This document shows positions 53,260-56,443 of a DNA stretch of 56,443 nucleotides, piece after piece. The notes under the pieces were generated by a model that saw nothing but the letters and a program-made list of their open reading frames with translations, was not told the origin of the DNA and did no database searches. Position 1 is the stretch's first letter, and each line of letters begins with the position of its first letter. Source of the DNA: a virus (taxonomy: Duplodnaviria; Caudoviricetes); the IMG/VR virus record IMGVR_UViG_3300019884_000083, positions 1 through 56,443 of that record. One strand, 5' to 3'. A program made the translations under genes and the position numbers.

Positions 53260-53296
53260 AGCAGCCCGGCCGGGTGAGAGTCCGGTCCGGGCTGCT
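53260..53296 (-). terminator. Terminator ending the late/lysis operon
   Basis: AGCAGCCCGG(A)CCGG / CCGGCCGGGCTGCT stem, loop ACTCTCAC on the minus strand, followed by CCCTTTCCTT. Confidence 0.65.
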
Positions 53297-53389
53297 AGGG
53301 GAGGGTGAATGCGCTGGAAGGGCGCCTACCCAAATCTTCTGCGTTTACCTTCGGCTAGGTACAAAGCTACGCCAGTCAGGAAACTGCCG

Positions 53390-53785
53390 CTAGTAGGGCT
53401 GCTTCCCCGGATTTCCCCCGGTCGTAACCTTGTGACCGAGCACGCCCGTTTGATGGGCGTCTCCTGCCGGAGAGACCTGGCCCCGACTAAGCAACATCAA
53501 CACGCTCACCGCCAGAGCGTTCAGTCCGGCGAGGACTTCCTGGCTAAGGTCAAGCCCGTAGGCCGCCAGGAGCGTCGCGATGACAGTGAAGAGGTGCGTA
53601 AAAACGGTAGGCGCGATGGGCCGGGTAAACCACGCGGTGATGGCTCCGGCGATGGCATTGACCACTACCATCCATAAGGCGGCCTGCTCGGCGGTGAGCC
53701 AGTCGAGCTGGAACCCGACCACGAGCGTTAGCACGGATTGGACTACCGCGAGTATCAGTGCGGGTTCCCTGCCGAATGCCCTCAT
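53390..53785 (-). CDS. Holin
   Basis: 131 aa with 4 TM segments. FGREPALILA...RGQVSP pattern, located in the lysis cassette. Confidence 0.75.
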   Translation of the reverse strand: MRAFGREPALILAVVQSVLTLVVGFQLDWLTAEQAALWMVVVNAIAGAITAWFTRPIAPTVFTHLFTVIATLLAAYGLDLSQEVLAGLNALAVSVLMLLSRGQVSPAGDAHQTGVLGHKVTTGGNPGKQPY

Positions 53786-53840
53786 GTTCTATCTCCTTCT
53801 TTTGTTGGAACTTTCCTTCCTGTGAAGTCTAACGGGGCCA

Positions 53841-54158
53841 TCACTTTCGTGTGCTGTCCTCCGTGCGTTCTCTATAGGAAAGGTAGACCAAACGTGGCAT
53901 CCAGACGGTAATGCCCACCAAAGATGTGTACAACAAAAGGATTACGATATCACGGCCCGCCCAAGGGCCTAGAAGTCGGCTCGTGAATATCAAAAGAAAC
54001 AAGGTCCCCAGGTTCATCCCGAGAACCATCATGAACCAACCGTGCTCTGTCTTGGGCCATCCCCGCTTCTGTTTCCACCAGTACCACAGACAGAATGACA
54101 CGCAACCGATTGCACCGATAGCAGTCTCTGCCCATGTGATCTTCTCTATCACGCTCAT
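53841..54158 (-). CDS. Three-TM membrane protein (lysis cassette)
   Basis: Three hydrophobic segments, W.KTEHGWFMM, ATGA overlap. Confidence 0.7.
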   Translation of the reverse strand: MSVIEKITWAETAIGAIGCVSFCLWYWWKQKRGWPKTEHGWFMMVLGMNLGTLFLLIFTSRLLGPWAGRDIVILLLYTSLVGITVWMPRLVYLSYRERTEDSTRK

Positions 54159-54340
54159 CGATAGCCCCCAAGCGCACGCCTGATATCTTCGCCCAGGTGA
54201 TTCTTGGACACCATAGCTTTGGTTTTCTTCGTAATGGTATCCAATTTCAAATCGTCCTTTTTAATTTCCTGCAGCTTCTTTCGCGCCTCCAGAGTTTCCT
54301 GCGAAGGCTGACGTCGATTCCATGGCCATTTCCACTTCAT
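54155..54340 (-). CDS. Small hypothetical protein (lysis cassette)
   Basis: MKWKWPW...NHLGEDIRRALGG, ATGA overlaps on both sides. Confidence 0.65.
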   Translation of the reverse strand: MKWKWPWNRRQPSQETLEARKKLQEIKKDDLKLDTITKKTKAMVSKNHLGEDIRRALGGYR

Positions 54341-54585
54341 GATTTGGCCGCCTCTTGTCGTATCCCCTCAAGGGCCTTGACCACAAGGGCATTGTTATCT
54401 AAGGCTTTATCGAACTGCTGATCACGCTTCCGAAGCGATTCCTGGAGCAAAGCAATCTGCTCCTTGTAATCCGCAATACGTTGGTTGTGCATCCATCTCG
54501 GAATCAACAACCCGAATCCGACCATGAGCACGAACAAGAGCAGTACCCCATATGGGGTCAACTCCGAGATGGGCACACCTAGCAC
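54337..54585 (-). CDS. Membrane protein with coiled coil (lysis cassette)
   Basis: TM helix, GLLIPR, then a coiled coil. AGGAG RBS. Confidence 0.7.
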   Translation of the reverse strand: MLGVPISELTPYGVLLLFVLMVGFGLLIPRWMHNQRIADYKEQIALLQESLRKRDQQFDKALDNNALVVKALEGIRQEAAKS

Positions 54586-54631
54586 TTTGCTCTCCTGTTA
54601 GGGTCATAAAATCCCGTTGAGGCAACACATG

Positions 54632-55411
54632 TTAACCCCCCGGAGGTGGCGTAGCGCCGTCCAGGCTTCCGAGCACCCTACGCACCGCCTGTTCCGTAGC
54701 CTTCTCAGCCATTTCCTCTAAACGCGGCTCTAAAGCGGCCATAAGCGCACCAATATCCACCGGTGCCGGACCACTAATTGCTTTTACCTCAGAAAGAATC
54801 TCCTTGATCGTCTGCACCGCCCAGTTCGGCTTACCCTTCTCGGGCCCACCGCGCATGGTGTCGAAGCCGTGCGACAGGGCCTCGATGCGCCACGCCATGT
54901 AGTCGATGTCAACAGCGGCGTCTGCCATGAAGTCTCCCTCGAAAAAGCGCCGGAAGGGTCCGGTTTTGTCGCGGCCCTCGGCGTCACGGAAATAGCTAAC
55001 ATGTGTATGGGTCAAGTGTGACGAATCGCCGGTTGAGCGTTTACTTAGCCGGTCCCAACGCTTGACGGAAACGCCGTCCAGAGTGTAGATGATGGACCGG
55101 ATGTCCTGTGTGTCCGGCGCCTGCGCCTGGCACTGGCCGACAAGCCATTTATTGAGCTCGCGCAAGCGCGCGAACATGCCGATGTCGATTGCAGCGGCAG
55201 CATTTGTCTGGTGTGAACTGTCACGAACAGACTCGTTCCAACTATAATCTGCAGTTTGACCATCCCTGATACGGCGATCGTCCCAACCATGGTGATATCC
55301 GCCATCGTGAGCTTCGTTGCCCACGATACCCATTGCCCGGAAATCAGTAATCCCAGTCTGCGGCATCAAATATTCGCGCAGTTCAAGCAAGCGCTTAGGG
55401 GCGTACGTCAT
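54632..55411 (-). CDS. Endolysin (M15/LAS-type Zn peptidase-like)
   Basis: Start MTYAP (ATGA overlap). GIVG..AH..GYH, AAAIDI and SHLTHTHVSYFRD. Upstream of the holin. Confidence 0.75.
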   Translation of the reverse strand: MTYAPKRLLELREYLMPQTGITDFRAMGIVGNEAHDGGYHHGWDDRRIRDGQTADYSWNESVRDSSHQTNAAAAIDIGMFARLRELNKWLVGQCQAQAPDTQDIRSIIYTLDGVSVKRWDRLSKRSTGDSSHLTHTHVSYFRDAEGRDKTGPFRRFFEGDFMADAAVDIDYMAWRIEALSHGFDTMRGGPEKGKPNWAVQTIKEILSEVKAISGPAPVDIGALMAALEPRLEEMAEKATEQAVRRVLGSLDGATPPPGG

Positions 55412-56205
55412 AACACACCCCAACAAGGGACGGTAACCAAGCCCCAGGGCTTGGTTCTTGGCGCCGGACGATCAGACACCCAGGGCCACAAACCACCAGG
55501 TTGTTGAGTAAGAAACCACGACATTCCCACATAGCCCTCCCCACTGGGATGTAAGCCGTCAGCCAGCCAAATAGGGCTGATGATCCCGTTGTGCACAATA
55601 TGAACCGAATCTCCATACGGAGCAACAATTACGGGCAGCATTGAATTAAACTCCTGCGCGGTAACGCTCGCACGCGCGAGGTCAGCATTCGTCCCGCCAT
55701 CGGGCGGGATGATCTCGCTAGCGATAATGCGGATGGTAGGGCTCTGTGCTCGCGCTGCGTCAAGCAATAGCGCATAGTCAGCAGCCATTTGAACAGCGCT
55801 CTTCCACCCGGACGTGGACGTAGCATCATTCACACCGATGCGGAGAATCAGGATATCAGCGGGATTGACCGCCAGATATCCCCTGATTTTCCCGGTCAGA
55901 CCGACAATGGTCTCGCCACCCAGTCCTTGATGTCGATTCCAAGGCGCACCACAAGAGCTGGCCCAACTACCCACAAAATGGACGTCAACGCCGCCGACAC
56001 GTGAGAGCCAATCGCCGAGAACCTGACGATCCCCATAGTGTGAACCGTCACCGCACGCAACTGGCTGCCCCGAAGCGGTACTGTCGCCTACGAACATGAT
56101 GCGAACAGATCCAGTTAATGGCTGAAGTTTTTGCCGTGCCACACCTTTCTCAGCGCCCATAAGAAGCATGGCGACCAGAATAACAGGTATGACCATTCTT
56201 TTCAT
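55408..56205 (-). CDS. SGNH/GDSL hydrolase with N-terminal signal peptide
   Basis: MKRMVIPVILVAMLLMGA signal, then FVGDST (block I), G (block II), IGVND (block III) and DGLHP (block V). Confidence 0.88.
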   Translation of the reverse strand: MKRMVIPVILVAMLLMGAEKGVARQKLQPLTGSVRIMFVGDSTASGQPVACGDGSHYGDRQVLGDWLSRVGGVDVHFVGSWASSCGAPWNRHQGLGGETIVGLTGKIRGYLAVNPADILILRIGVNDATSTSGWKSAVQMAADYALLLDAARAQSPTIRIIASEIIPPDGGTNADLARASVTAQEFNSMLPVIVAPYGDSVHIVHNGIISPIWLADGLHPSGEGYVGMSWFLTQQPGGLWPWVSDRPAPRTKPWGLVTVPCWGVL

Positions 56206-56443
56206 AGCCCCTCCACGGCAAGCATTGAAAACCAATCTGATGCTGTTAGTGTACCCGCACCTCCGCTACGACGCCAACGCCCCTGAAGGGTGTAGGTCCC
56301 GGCAGGAACTCCCGGAGGGATACGAACGAAACTGCCGGAAGGCAGCCACTTATTTGCATCGGTAGCCACAACGCCGTCTGCATCGTAGTCAGTGCCATTC
56401 ACCAGAACCCCAAACCGCCCAAAGGTATTGGTGGAAGTGCTGT
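56202..56443 (-). CDS. Tail fibre / minor tail protein, C-terminal part (enters from the right edge)
   Basis: Frame open to the edge: STSTNTFGRFGVLVNGTDYD...GVPAGTYTLQGRWRRSGGAGTL...; stop overlaps the SGNH start. Confidence 0.7.
   Translation of the reverse strand, partial: STSTNTFGRFGVLVNGTDYDADGVVATDANKWLPSGSFVRIPPGVPAGTYTLQGRWRRSGGAGTLTASDWFSMLAVEGL

Overview
This looks like a near-complete ~56.4 kb genome of a lytic actinobacteriophage (siphovirus). Essentially all real genes are on the minus strand, and no integrase or repressor is recognisable. One tail-fibre gene appears to span the two ends of the window, which suggests a circularly permuted assembly with a small gap. In transcription order the modules are: (1) early region of small, often membrane proteins (53.2-45.6 kb); (2) replication and recombination genes (SNF2 helicase, Cas4-like nuclease, Sak4/AAA ATPase, SSB); (3) a nucleotide-metabolism cluster (FAD oxidoreductase, HAD nucleotidase, MazG/Nmad-like protein, family-4 UDG, dCTP deaminase, DnaE, atypical ThyX); (4) RuvC-like resolvase, primase-polymerase/helicase and a probable origin; (5) terminase, portal, MuF-metallopeptidase fusion, head and tail genes; (6) SGNH hydrolase, endolysin and holin. 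The gene set recalls mycobacteriophage clusters D/H/R/U, and the lysin style suggests a Micromonosporaceae-like host (both are inference from recall). The most notable signals are non-coding. Eight RNA hairpins share an invariant AGUGAGAG loop on different, compensating stems at early-gene 5' ends. Two 72-nt tRNA-like RNAs have intact acceptor and T arms but abnormal anticodon arms, and each is followed by a further structured RNA. Also notable are a candidate pyrimidine-modification pathway, a MuF toxin/immunity pair and a +1 (UUU-CGU) frameshift in the tail chaperone. All protein calls come from motif recognition by eye; no database searches were run.
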